Source: Tubiluchus corallicola (lineage: Eukaryota > Animalia > Priapulida). From it: a DNA stretch of 64,000 bases. A program made the translations under genes and the position numbers. Below, piece by piece: positions 1-12,700 of this stretch (positions are counted from its first letter, which is position 1; each line of letters begins with the position of its first letter). The notes beneath the pieces are model-generated. The model saw nothing but the letters and a program-made list of their open reading frames with translations. It was not told where the DNA came from and made no database searches. The stretch is from assembly GCA_030141605.1 (NCBI GenBank), contig JAQGDQ010000151.1:186001-250000 (forward strand). The letters are read 5' to 3'.

Positions 1-40
1 TTTTTTACGCAAAATCTTTTGCGGGGCCTTTGCTAGTATA

Positions 41-1140
41 GTATTATTTCTCATAAAAAATTTTTTTCTCTAAATAAACGAACTCAATCAGTATATGTGA
101 ACCAGACCATTAGTGTTATAGACTCTATAGTACCTTCATAGTGAGAAGTATTGCATGAAAGGGTTTTCACTTTTTAGATAATTTTGGATTTGAACCTTAA
201 CCTTGTTTTACTATTTGTGCCATCACCTATCCATTATTAGAAGTCAAACAGTCTGGCAACTGGAAATAGGCCTTGCTTGCCGTAAGCCAACTGAACATTG
301 CTGGAAGGCAATTTTGTTTTTTCTAAAATTGTGTACAAGTGGAATTTCTGGGAGGCGATTTTAAGGTGACATTTTTGGGGTCGACTTACACATACGATAT
401 GTTTTGGGAGTTGTCGCTAAAGTGTCATCTACAATATGAATATGTAAAGAAATAATCCTTCATTATACGCTCGACTGAATGAACACTCATACTGTGATAC
501 TTCACATCCGCGAATGTTCGCATTTTGACATTACTTCACAAAATTAACAAATATTACTGTAATTTATTTTAATGTATGTGAAATTAAGTTAAAATTTATA
601 TATTACCGGTAAACAAACTGGCTTCTGCGGGAAGTTTTACACTTGCCTTGAATATACGTGTTTTATTGGCAAAAAATATAGGCTAATGATTTATTACTCT
701 GCCATTGTTGACATCATTTACTCAGGAAGATTTTAATATTTCATGGTCGACTTGTACACAGGTAATATATAAAATTATGCAATTTTTGGTCTTAAAGTGC
801 ACATCAGCTTGTACACACGTATATACGGTAGTATTAATTCTCGTAAAAATTTCATTTCTTTAAATAAACAAACTCAAACAGTATACGTGAACCAGACCAT
901 TAGTGTTATGGACTCTATAGTACCTTCATAGTGAGATGTATCATATATTGCATGAAAAGATATTCATTTTTTAGATAAGTTTGCATTTGAAACTTAAACC
1001 ATGTTTTGCTATTCGTGTTATCACCTGTCCATTATTAAAAGTCAAACAGTTTGGTAAGTTGAAATAGGCCTTACTTACCTTAAGTCAGCTGAGTTTGTGC
1101 ATTGGAAGGTTGCTGAAGGCAATTTTGGTTTTTCGAAAAT
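41..1140. repeat. Diverged direct duplication of ~300 bp (41-330 and 831-1140) flanking a Tc1/pogo-like MITE remnant
   Basis: Both copies read ...GTGAACCAGACCATTAGTGTTAT.GACTCTATAGTACCTTCATAGTGAGA...AAGTCAAACAGT...GAAATAGGCCTT.... The intervening DNA has repeated TCGACTT(G/A) motifs and ends TGTACACACGTATATACGGTA at 830. Confidence 0.7.
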
Positions 1141-1689
1141 TTTATTTCCGTCTAAAATATGGTATGTTACCATATGAGATACAAAGCTTAAATATTTTTC
1201 CAGTGACAGAAATACTTAATTTGATTTTACCAATAACTACATTAAAATTAAGTTGCAAGTGCTTTTAATTTCACATGGCAAAGTTGGATAACTAGAGTAC
1301 GAGAGAAGAGAGATAAGGAGCAAGGAAAGAGGAATGTGTGAAAGAGAGGAAGGGGAAGAAAGAGAGGGGGATCGAGAGAGTAGAGAAGAGAGATGAGTGA
1401 TCTAAAAATTAGCATGCAAACAACATGTAATGCAAGTCTTTGCCAGTATATGTATATTTTAAAGCTTTGGGTATTAAGGTTTAATTATTTGCTTTGTATT
1501 CTGAAGAATTTTTTTATTAAATGACTTGATTGTGGTATTGCAAACTATGAACAGTGAGTAACAGTGAACAAAAGTTTCATAGAATAAAATTTTCTGTAAT
1601 AATAAGCTTTCTGTGTATATGCAGTACTAAATCACTATACACATGCTGTAAAAGCAATTCTAGATTATTTAGTGTCCTTTTCTTTGCAG

Positions 1690-1765
1690 AGCTTATTCCG
1701 TAACGAAGTCGGTTGAAGATCTTGTTATTAATCCTAAAATGCCTGGACAAACCAAATTTAGTCAG
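1690..1765 (+). CDS. Polycystin-1-like (PKD1L/REJ family) gene, internal exon
   Basis: tttgcag acceptor, gtatcc donor; encodes AYSVTKSVEDLVINPKMPGQTKFSQ and joins the next exon in phase 0. Confidence 0.75.
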
Positions 1766-2176
1766 GTATCCATATTATTAGTTGATATTAATGTGACAAA
1801 CGTGTTTAATCTTGTATCACTTGTTGTGTATATGTATGAAATTTATTGTAACACATAAATTGTGAATCTTCTTGTACACTTTGCCTTGCCAATTTTATTT
1901 TTTTCGAACCTTAAATGGGTTATTCACATTTTAATGTTAATTTTATGTATGTTTTCTACAATAAATACAATATTTCATGGTTTTTTATTGCAAATGGAGA
2001 GTTGATTCTGTCATTATGTGCTTGCTTTTCATCCAGTGATCTATTTCTGACTGAAGCCTTGAAAAATGGTACTACCAGTGGAAACGAGTATTAAAATATT
2101 TTGGATATTGGGCCTGCCCCTAGACTGTGTCCTAGACATACTTACCAGATATCAAACTACTTGATTTTCTTTTCAG

Positions 2177-2342
2177 ATTAAGGATGTAAATAGTATGTGG
2201 GACTACATGAACAACACTTTGGTACCGAATCTATTTTTAGACACTATGTATGATGGAAGTTTAGCACCACCTGGCTTTTCAGTTAACTTAGTAAGCAGAT
2301 TGGTAGGAGTTATAAGATTACGTCAACTTCGAACTAAAGCAG
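2177..2342 (+). CDS. Polycystin-1-like gene, exon (start of TOP domain)
   Basis: tttcag/gtaggt boundaries; IKDVNSMWDYMNNTLVPNLF...RLVGVIRLRQLRTKA contains the polycystin W..L.P.L and G..RLRQLR motifs. Confidence 0.9.
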
Positions 2343-3274
2343 GTAGGTTTTTCTCTTTCTCTCTCTCAGATGGGGATTTCAGCACTCAAATGTTTTCAAA
2401 GTTGTCAATGCAGTCAGGCAAGGGGGTAAAATGCCCTCGATTCTATTCATTTTAACTTTTAAAGATTTGAGTTTGAAAATGACATCTACGCAACTCGATT
2501 GCCAAATTGCAAACATTTTTGTAAACTATTTAATGTATGTAATGTATGTCTCAGGCAATGTTGCATCATACCTTTGGTACAGTGAATTATGTAATTCAGT
2601 TTTAATACTCAATGAGAAAGAAAAATGTCTTGGTCACATCATTTCTCAAGGTCTTTGTTCTATTGCAAAGTGAGCAAACGTATTAGAAAATCTGCTTATT
2701 GCACAAATGATGTAAAGAAACAATTATTTAGCTCCTTATGTAGCAGTTTTTTGCATGTCCACATGGAAATTTTTTTATGATTATAATCTGCAAAAGTTGA
2801 TAATATATCGATGAGGAAGCTGTTTAATTACAATTGTGATTTTTAGTGCTAGCAGCTAGATCAATGTGTGTAGAGCTTGTTAACCCGTTTGAATAGCAGT
2901 TCTAATGTAATTTGCATGACGATGTTTAAAAGTGATGTCCGTTTCACCTTTCAAATTAGAACATATTGGGAAACCTTATTATATAGGCAGCAAAGCGCAT
3001 TATGTGTTTTTGGTAACACTGTGAAATAAAAAGTAATCGTGACTTATCTAATTAAAACTTTATACTAACACCAAGTTATTTAATTACTTATTTATGTATG
3101 TAATTGTGTGTATTTAAAAAAAAATAAAAATGAAGTAAATCAGTCCAATCAATTTCTCTCTCTCACTCTCTCGCTTTCTGTCTGTCTGTCTGTCTTTTCC
3201 CTTTTTCTTTTGTCTTTACTGTAACAAAACAGTGAAATTACCACAATGCTCACTTGTAGCTTTTTTTTGACTAG

Positions 3275-3457
3275 GTCAATGCTCCATAGACCCAAGAGTT
3301 CAACCATTTGGTCGACGGTGTACGTCTTATTATTACTGGCCATTTGAAGACAATAAGTCATACAGGTCAGGATGGAGGTATATTAAATATCCTATGTATC
3401 CTCCAGACCAATGGACATTTCAGTCAACACTTGAGCTGCGAGCACCTCCATTTCCAG
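3275..3457 (+). CDS. Polycystin-1-like gene, exon (TOP domain)
   Basis: ctag/gtatat boundaries, phase 1-1; GQCSIDPRVQPFGRRCTSYYYWPFEDNKSYRSGW...WTFQSTLELRAPPFP matches the C..C..Y...ED...Y..GW...W.(Y/F)QS pattern. Not shown in the ORF track. Confidence 0.85.
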
Positions 3458-3479
3458 GTATATATATATATGTGTGTGT

Positions 3480-4480
3480 TTATTGACTGATTAAGAGATA
3501 GTCGAACATGATACTCTAGTTCAGTCCATAGATCACTACAAAAAAGTACTTTATATCATATAACATGATCATTTCTGTCAAAAATAACTGAAGAATTATT
3601 TACAAATTCTCACTACACGCTTATTATCGCCTAACATGATCATTACTGTCCAAAACCAGCTAAAGAGTTATTTACAAATTCACAATATGACATTGGGTTT
3701 CCATTGAAAAATTCATTCAAATCGTTAAAGCTCAGTTCAGTGTTATCTTCACGAAGGTGATTCGTAAGTGGACAAAAACAGATAACATGCTCTTCTGTTT
3801 GAATGTTTAAGCGAGAACAGGAGCATAGCCTGTCCTCTCTTTTTATCCTTGCCCATCTTCCAGTCTCAATAGCTAGGTTATGTGAGGAGAGGCCTAACCG
3901 AGATGTTTTAATCCTACGGAGCTCATTTACTTTAACGCTATACATTGCACTGACAGATAGTTCGGGATTCAGATAGAGATAGGTGCACAGTTTAGTTCTT
4001 TCGGCATCCCTGATATGTTGTTTTGTGTTCTCGAGGTCAAAGATAATATCCGTTTTACGAAGGATAGCTTTCACATGTTGTACACATGGTGTGTTCGCTT
4101 TCGAGCACAAATTCCATACGATTGAAAATGGGTCATCGGGCTCGTTGGCTCTTGATTCGATTATCCGTCTAAAGAACTTTAATTGCACGTTTTGAATGTA
4201 CGCTTTGGCAGAAGGTAATCCTAGCTCGACTAAACATAAGTCGTTAGAGGTTGTCTTCCCGACGCCAAGCAGTGCTTTAATCACAGAATTGTACATCACA
4301 TTTATCGGTTTAAGATTGCCAGTCAACCAAGATTCACAGCTGTAGAAAATAGATGATAACAGGGCCGCGTCCATCACTTTTTTCTTAACCCAAAATGGGA
4401 ATGGTGAATTTTTGTTCACAAATGATACATATTTAAGAACATGGGTAAACTTTTCTTCGCAATGTTTTTCCAGTGAGGGC
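3480..4480 (-). mobile_element. 5'-truncated LINE 3' end (RT thumb plus C-terminal Cys/His motif) inside a PKD intron
   Basis: ORF 3643-4419 with IFYSCESW, ELG and SSHNLAIETGRW...RLCSC...EEHVICFC; AATAAA and a microsatellite tail on - near 3460-3485. Confidence 0.85.
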
Positions 4481-5020
4481 TACATGATGCAGTTTATATC
4501 ACAAAATAGTTTAAATTAGTGTACTACAAGTTCTTCACATTGTGACACAAAACCTGGGATAACAATACTCATAATAGACAGCTAGAGATATGAACATTTG
4601 AGTGTTGGCTGTGAGACAAATAAAGTATGAAAGTTATTGTAGATTTGCATTACTAGTGGGTTTTTCTAATCATCTACATGACAAAAACAGTTTTGTGCTT
4701 GTCACTAATCAAGAATTCATTGTTAGTGGGAAACAATCAAGTTAAGTGAGATAATATATAGAAAAATATCATTATCTTTAAAAGCGTTGCTTTTATTAAT
4801 TGTCGATTTACATGTTTACGTGTATTGCACTTAATGTTTTTCACTGATTGGCTCTGACTAATTAACTAAGATTGTAACTAAACAAAAGAACTATGTACAT
4901 ATGTTTGCATAATCGTCTCTTTTGTAGGTACATATGGCTTATGTGTAAAATATTGTCGAATTATATACATGCATAACCTTATTTATCGATACAACCAAAA
5001 TGTAATCATTTTGCTTGCAG

Positions 5021-6213
5021 GTAAATTTGCCTTATACAGTGGTGGAGGCTTCGTTAAGGAATTTACAGACAACAGCACAAACAACATTGCAATTATTGAA
5101 TCTCTTATTGATTCCCGATGGATAAATGATCACACTCGCGCAGTATTCGTGGAATTCACTTTGTACAATTCCAACTCTCATATGTTTAGTGTCGTCATAA
5201 TGCTCGTGGAATTTACTCAAGAGGGCAGACTGTATTCCAAGTATGACATCACCACTCTGAATATACTCCGCTACTGGCAGAGCATCGAATGGTCTTTTAT
5301 TACTACGCATTTCATATATGTTGTCATAATGATCGTTTTTATCTTCAGAGTGCTTAGAAATGCTTACCTTCATCGCTTAGCCTACTTCACTTACTTTAGG
5401 GAATGTTTTGAGCTTTCCGTTGTTGTTCTGTCCCTCGCAAGCATGGTATTGTTCATAAGAAAAACAGTAGTAATCAGCAATCTGTTGAATTATCAGTTAC
5501 CAGGCAAAAATGGAGCCACTAGTCAGTTATTTGGTAAAAGTGATGTAGCCACTCGGTTGCAAGACATGAGTGATATACCTGAACTCATATACAGTACCGA
5601 GAGTGCCTTTATCAATTTCTATGAGGTGGCAGTATGGGACACCACGCTTAGATACCTTCTGGCTGTACAGGTGTTTCTGATTACACTTAAAGTTGTGGAG
5701 TTCACGTCTTTTACAAAACTATTGGGGAAATACTTTTACACTATCAAGGCTGCACTGCCTGTGATATTTAACTACCTGATAATCGTTTTCTTTTCTTTCG
5801 TTCTCTTCACTCATGTGGGTATACTTGTTTTCGGTACGCAAGTAGATGATTTTAAGAATGTTCCCAGTGCACTATTTACATTAATGAACATGCTTGTGCG
5901 AATTGGAGATTTCCATGCCATTATTTATGCTACCGGTTCTGTAACTGGCCCAGTGTTTTTCGGATTATTCATGTTCTTTGCCTTGATTTATGTGATGTCC
6001 ATCTTCCGCTCCGTATTGATGCAAGCTTACAAAGCGCTGTTGACACTGTGGACTATAGAACCATTTAAACTTGATGTTATTGAGTACGTCAAGCGTGAGA
6101 TGGGTGGAACCGCTAACCTAAAAGTGGTAAAACAAAAAGTAGAGCACATGAGTGCAATGAGACGAATGCGCCGAGCAACTATACATGAAAAGATTGATAC
6201 AGAATGGTTTTAG
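5021..6213 (+). CDS. Polycystin-1-like gene, terminal exon (PKD channel region, TM helices, C-tail)
   Basis: ttgcag acceptor; GKFALYSGGGFV, WINDHTRAVFVEFTLYNSN, several hydrophobic helices, pore-region FG...DFK, TAG at 6211-6213; AATAAA at 6625-6630. Confidence 0.92.
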
Positions 6214-7758
6214 CATTACTTAGGGTGCATAATGTGGCTCTTGGTGAAGTAGCATTCCACAACCTAGAAAATTTTACAGCCTTTTGTTCATTGGCTTTTA
6301 GTGTTGTGTAATCCATCGATTGTTCTTATAAAATTAAGACAGTTCAATTTACAACAGTATTTTGTTGTTTCTTACGAATTTAATTAATTTTTTCTAAGGA
6401 AATTTTTGCCATTTGATGTAGTATTTACTATTTACTCTTATTTGCTCTGTTTCACGGATTTACTCAGTTTTTTCTAATGCATTTTTTGTTATTTATTTGC
6501 TGTTGCAAAATGATGATATGCAATCAATTCAGAGTTATGTGATGCATGCCACATAGTTCACTTATACTTTTGCATTTGTCACAAAATGTCTGTTCATAGT
6601 TTTGTTCACTGAAGTTCATGATCAAATAAAATAGATATTCCTTTTCTTAATTATTAATTCCTTTAAGATTATAAATACAATCACAGATAAGTTCCAATTA
6701 TTTAATACAAAAAGATTTATTTAAAACTATAATATGTTCAGCACGCATAAAATCGAATTTTGCTACAGGAAGAAAATGGTGCGCGCACGCACACAATATG
6801 CAAAATGTTCGCGATATAGTTTTACATTCTAAGGGGGGAGCAAGATTATTTTTGAGTAAATTAAACCATGAAGGTCAAAGGTCAACTCAACTTCCAACAG
6901 CAAAGGTCACAGGTAACAAAATGCAAATTAGGTCATGGGTCATACAACATGACATTAACATTAACTTGAAAGTTAAAATTACACTGCAGAGGTTATCATA
7001 TAAACTTTAAACTTACGAGAATTATAGATTACTCTTCTAATTAAATATCAGGTAAGCACAAGCACTCAAATTGTAACTTAACAAAACAAATGAACAACTG
7101 TAAAACTCACTGATAGTAATCTGACCTTTGATTACAATGCCCAATTGTAAAAGTCAACACTCAGTAATCTCATTGTGCCAATTAATGACTTAAAATAATG
7201 CAGTTTTGGATTAAAGCATCTAGCTTTTATCACATACAAATTTAATCTTAAACAGAAACAAAACACACAACCAGCAACTTATCACAAATTCAATGTTATT
7301 ACTGTAATAGTTACAATGGGAATATAACTTTGAAACTAACAGTGAACCATGAATATTCTGCACTTACAGCAAAGAATTACAACTGCAGTTTGCAAATTAC
7401 AAGCTGCTAAAGTACCATATGCGCAACCAACTAAGAAGTCAAACATGGGGTATCAAACTTGATACACAAAAGTTAAGCTTTGCCACAAAGCCTAAAAATC
7501 AAATTCATTACAAAATTCTTTACTGTCTTCAAATTGTAAACAAATACCTTACAACAACTATCAACAAAAACATTCAGAGCAATAAACAATACAGAAACAT
7601 CACTCAATCTGCTTCTGTAATAAATGAGAATTACAATTCAGACATTCACTATAAACCACAACATGACTGTAATACCTAAACACGAACAACGATATAGCGA
7701 ATCTGATCCATTGGGCTATTACCTACAACTTTTAACAAAACAATGCTCAAACTCAAAC

Positions 7759-9718
7759 CTAAAAATCCAATTTCTTGGGTTTTTTAGCAATTCTCCCAAA
7801 GCGAGTCTGAACTACATCAGCTGGAGGCTCTCTAGATTGGATATCCCTCTCCTCATCACAACTATCATCACTTACGTCGCCTGGGACAGGATTAACATCA
7901 CTGGGTAATCTCAAAATGATGAAGACGTATGGGGCGAACCAGCTTGCCATTAGAAGTTTTTACAGTAACAGTTCGCTCTACACCATCACTACCAGGATGC
8001 TAATTCTCAATTACAGCCATAGCCCATTTCAGATGGGGTATGTTGACCTCGTATAATTACAACATCTCCTGCCTTAGGAGGTTGACGCTCTGACCCAGGA
8101 AGAACACGTGGTAAAAGCTGTAGATATTCTTTTTGTCAGTGCTTCTCAAGTTGTCTTGTCACCATACACCGAAGTTTCTGTCTGGCTGTTAATGCTTCAT
8201 GGCTTGAGTCTAAAATACTGGGAGTCTCTAAAGGTGTTTCTAACATTGGTCTGCCAATACGGAAAAGAGCAGGGGTAAGACACATCTCATCACCGACATA
8301 AGTTAGAGGATTAATAGAAGCTTCTACTTCAGTAAGTGTTGTTGCGAACTCCTTATGAAGGAAAGCACGTCCCAGCACTTTTCTCAATACAGTTTTAAGA
8401 GACCGGACCATTCTCTTGAAAAAAACCACTCCACCAGGGAGCACGGGGTGCATTAAATTGGAATATTATACCTTTTTCACTTACAAATTTTTGAACCAAT
8501 TCATTCTTCAAAGTAGTAGCATTATCACTTTAGATAGCACGTCGACCAAAAAATCGCTTTACAATGTCAACTGCATCCTCTGCTGATAAGCTATGTACCA
8601 ATTCAAGACGTACAGCATGTGTAGTAAAACATGTCAGAATCGCAACATACGCCTTTTGATCGAGTCTCAACTTTACATCTTTAGCAACATGAAATGGTCC
8701 AGCATAATCAAGGTCAGACACGACAAATGCCCCTTCAACAGTAATACGAGTAGAAGGAAGAGGGGCTGGTACTTGGTCGCAGTGCCGTGCATGAATTTTC
8801 CGGCAGATAACATAATCACTGAGTACATGTGATACCGATTTCCTACCGTGTACAATCCAATACTTCTCATGTAATGCACATAACGTTTGATTCACACCAG
8901 CATGGAGATGATTCTCGTGATAAAGGCGAATCAAGAGAGTAACAATATATGAATACTGTGGTCGAATCACCTGAAGCTTATTCTCACACCCAAGTCTTCC
9001 ACCGACTCATTATTCCAGCTTCATCTAATTGCGGAACAAGTAAATACAGCTTCGAATCCCTTTTCAAACGTTTATGCTGAACTAAATGCTTCATATCAGT
9101 TGCATAATGAATTTGTTGTACAGAGAGCCACAATAATCTCTCAGCATTATGCAATTCATCAGCAGGGATCACATCACTGAGCTGTGTATTGCTAGCCGGT
9201 TTCCTCAAGTTAGATACAAAATGTATCACCCAGGCTGTCACTCTAGGTAATTTACGAAAAGAGCTAAAGTTAGTTACTTGTATGATATTCTGTACACCAA
9301 AGTTGGGGTCTTCCAAAGCAAGGTTCACATCAACAGTGTGCACAGCATTATCCTCTAAATCTGGCTTTCCAGGCCATTTATTGCAAGACAAATATAACCC
9401 AAGGAGGACCTGTGACCCACATAGAAAGAAGAAGTTGATTCATAGTCACTGGCCTCGTCCCCAAGTCTGCTGGATTTTGCTCACCAGGCACATGACCCCA
9501 AGCCTCCTTTGGAATCAAGTCACGAATTCTCTTCATCCTGGATTTGACGTAAGAATCTCGTTTAGATAAATCACCATTTATCCAAAGCAGTGCTATCATT
9601 GAATCCGTCCAGCAGTACAGTTGTGTATTCTGCAGTGCTAACATAAAGCCTAAGTGATTCACAAGTTTAGAACCAAGTAAACAAGTATTAAGTTCTAAGC
9701 AAGGCAAAGTTATTTTAT
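7759..9718 (-). mobile_element. BEL/Pao LTR retrotransposon, degenerate 3' half of pol (RNase H C-part, H2C2 plus integrase core, C-terminal domain)
   Basis: Frameshifted pieces: ITLPCLEL, CWTDSMIALLWI, HVPGEQNPADLGTR, FSSFRKLPRVTAW, HENHLHAG...KYWI...ICRK, DYAGPF, TCFTTHAVRLELVHSLS, MVRSLKTVL, EVEASINPL, HPGSDGV, TRFGRIAKKPKKLDF. Confidence 0.9.
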
Positions 9719-9794
9719 TTTATTTTATTGTTTTATTTTGTCAGATTTCACAGGCGTCGGATCTGTTCACCTGTGTGTTGCCTTTTGACTCGAG

Positions 9795-12700
9795 TCAAAC
9801 TTGCCTACTCCAATTCTTCCGTAAAGATACGGCATCCGTCAATTCCGTGGGAACTGGATTTCTCCAAACCCAACAAAACTTGCCTTTTCGATACCGTAAT
9901 ACTACTTCATTGCGTGCCTGGGGAATTCGATATGGATGTTGACGGACTGGTGCTTTGTCAAACAAGTTGATGTGGTGTCTAACTACCATGGTCCTCCCTG
10001 GCAAGTCGGTAAACATTTCAGGAAATTTGTGGAAGACTGTGCGAAGTTGGGTATTAGCTTGACTGGAGAGGTTTGAAGACAGCTCTAAATCATCTACAGA
10101 TTGTGTAGCCTTAGCTGTTGGCAGAAAAGCATACTCAGGGAGCCCAGAAGATTGTACAACACCTTGGCCAATCGCTGGCTCAGACTGCAATTCTTCTACT
10201 TCCTCTTCATTTCCAGCCCAGAACACTTCACCCTCAGTAATACTGACTTCATCGGTGTAGCCTCTTTCTAGATCAGGAACTTCACTACTAGTACACATTG
10301 CCCACAATACCAAGTTTTCCTGACGGTCAATGTAGTGCTTGAGTTTATTCACATGATAAACTCGGACATCGCGCCGCTTGCCTTTTGATCCTATGCATAC
10401 TTTGTAGTTCCAGTCTGACAGTTTATCCACTACTGGAAAGGGACCACGCCAACCTGGGCTCATCTTTTTGCCCTTACGCATATTGCGGATCAAAACACGG
10501 TCACCAATTTCAAAGCCTCGCTCCTTGGAAATCCTGTCATACCAGCGTTTTTGGGCTAGCTTAGCCTCCCTCAAAGACTGGTGGGCATCCTCTGTAGTTG
10601 TTTCTATCGTATTGATAACTCGGGCTACATATTCATCGATGTCCTCCAAATTGGGGGGCTTGGAGCATCCCCAGCGTTCTTTGAGCATAGCCAAAGGACC
10701 ACGTATAGGATATCCAAAGACAAGTTCACTGGGTGAGTAATTGGTCGATTCCTGGGGCACTTCCCTGTAAGCAAACAGGACGAAATCTACAGCTTGGTCC
10801 CAGGGTAAAGAAGGATTGTCTTGTTGTAGACGAAGAATGGAAGCTTTCAAAGTGGCATTATATCTCTCGACAAGACCACAAGTGGAAGGAGAGTAGGGAC
10901 TGGCAAAGATACCCTTTACTCCTAATTGGCGCTCTAACTCTTGAGTAAGCTCAGAAGTGAATTGTGTACCACAATCCGTAATTATCTGTCGAGGGATTCC
11001 ATACCTGCAACAGAACTTAAGGAGAGCATCCAGTACAGTGATTGTTTCTATGTTAGGAAGTGGATAACAATCAGGGTAGCGGGTTGAGTGATCAACCAGT
11101 ACCAATGCATATCGGTTTCCACTAGGAGTACGATCCAGGGGGCCAATGATATCCATTCCAATAGTACGGAACGCAGTGTCGGCTATGGACAGTGGTTTTA
11201 GAGGTGCTCTGTCTGCCTGACGTACTCTAGCTGTACGCTGACAAGTATCACAAGAGCGACAATAGTTACGAACACTTCGTTTTAAGTGTGGCCAGATAAA
11301 TTCTTGAAGTATACGTTGCGTAGTTTTGTTTATGCCAAGGTGCCCAGCAAGTCGACTGCCATGTGCTAAAGCAAGCACTGTCTTACGTCTAGGTTTGGGC
11401 AGTACGAGAAGTTCACGGGGAGATTGTCCTTTCCTTTCCCGGCATAAATAAAACAAAATGCCATCACGCAAGAAATATCCGCTTCCTTTTTTATAGGCTG
11501 CTTCGGGAGTTCCTGCGTCATCAATGAGGTTACGAATGGACACATCTTCTTCTTGTTCTTGCCCCAACTCCTTTGCACTAGCTTTGAGCAGTTGATCGTG
11601 CACTTTCGTGGATTGGTGCAGATCCGTTTGTCCACTCTCCGCCCTATTCAACGCGTATTGATGCTGTTGCGAGTCGCGCCTAGCATCAGCCTCTTGCTTT
11701 GCAGCTTGTGAGCGGGTTACAACATAAGCTGACTCTGTCATTTGCACTCTTGCTTCGGCGATGGCCCGACGTGGCTTGGGAAGGGGCTTTAAAGCAGAAA
11801 GGTAGTTGTTACCGAGTAGAAAATCTGTAGGTAACTTTGAGCTCACACTCACAGCAAGGATGCCGGAAAAACCAGGACCCTCAATTTCAATCTCTGCAGG
11901 AAAGCAAGTGCTTAGATCGCCGCAAATACAAGTGAGTTGCTGAGGTGATTTATCTAAATATTGGTCAGGCTGCACAAACCTCGAATTCACCATAGAAACA
12001 GAGGCGCCTGTATCACGGACGCAATCGGCATGCAACCCATTAATGAGAGCCTTGAAGCAAACAGGTTCTGTCTGTCCTGGCACATGCCGCCATTGATTGC
12101 TAGCTAAGTCATCACTGTCAACCTCGCCGAATAATTGTTTTCCAGCGGAAGTAGATCCAGCAGCTTTGAGACTTGCCTCCGTATTAAGGTTGGCACGACA
12201 TTCATTCCGTTTGTGCCCGGCCCTGCCACAACGATAACACTGTATCCGTGTGCTCTTTATTGTATTGCCACCTCCACCACCTTTATTTTCTTTGGAGCGC
12301 TGACTGGATTGGGTAGATCTATTGTAACGACGCGAAACCAGAGTACTCCTTTCATGTGGTGTTACCAAGTTTGCAGCCACGTATCGATCTGCGCGTTCCG
12401 TAAGTTCTTCTAATTTCAGAAGAGTTTTCCTCCTTAGCCATGCCGCCAAGTCGTTCGGCATCAAGGAAAGTATCTGTTCAACTGCGTCAATTTGACAAAC
12501 TCCCTCATAGGTAGAAACACCGAGAGCTTTGTGATAATCTCGCAGGCTACTATCCAGCCTGCGACCGAGTTGAGTATAGCTTTCATTTTTCAGTTTGCTA
12601 ATACTTCGGAATCTTTCCAAGTACATATCAGGACTGAGAATGTAAGCACCAAGCAATGCCTTACGTAATGCATCATAATTTCGCAAACTGTCTGCTGGCA

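Noticed and set aside
6660-6840. 3' LTR of the BEL element
   Set aside because: A TGT start at 6826 (-) is plausible, but there is no proper PPT on that strand, no CA end and no second copy to confirm it.
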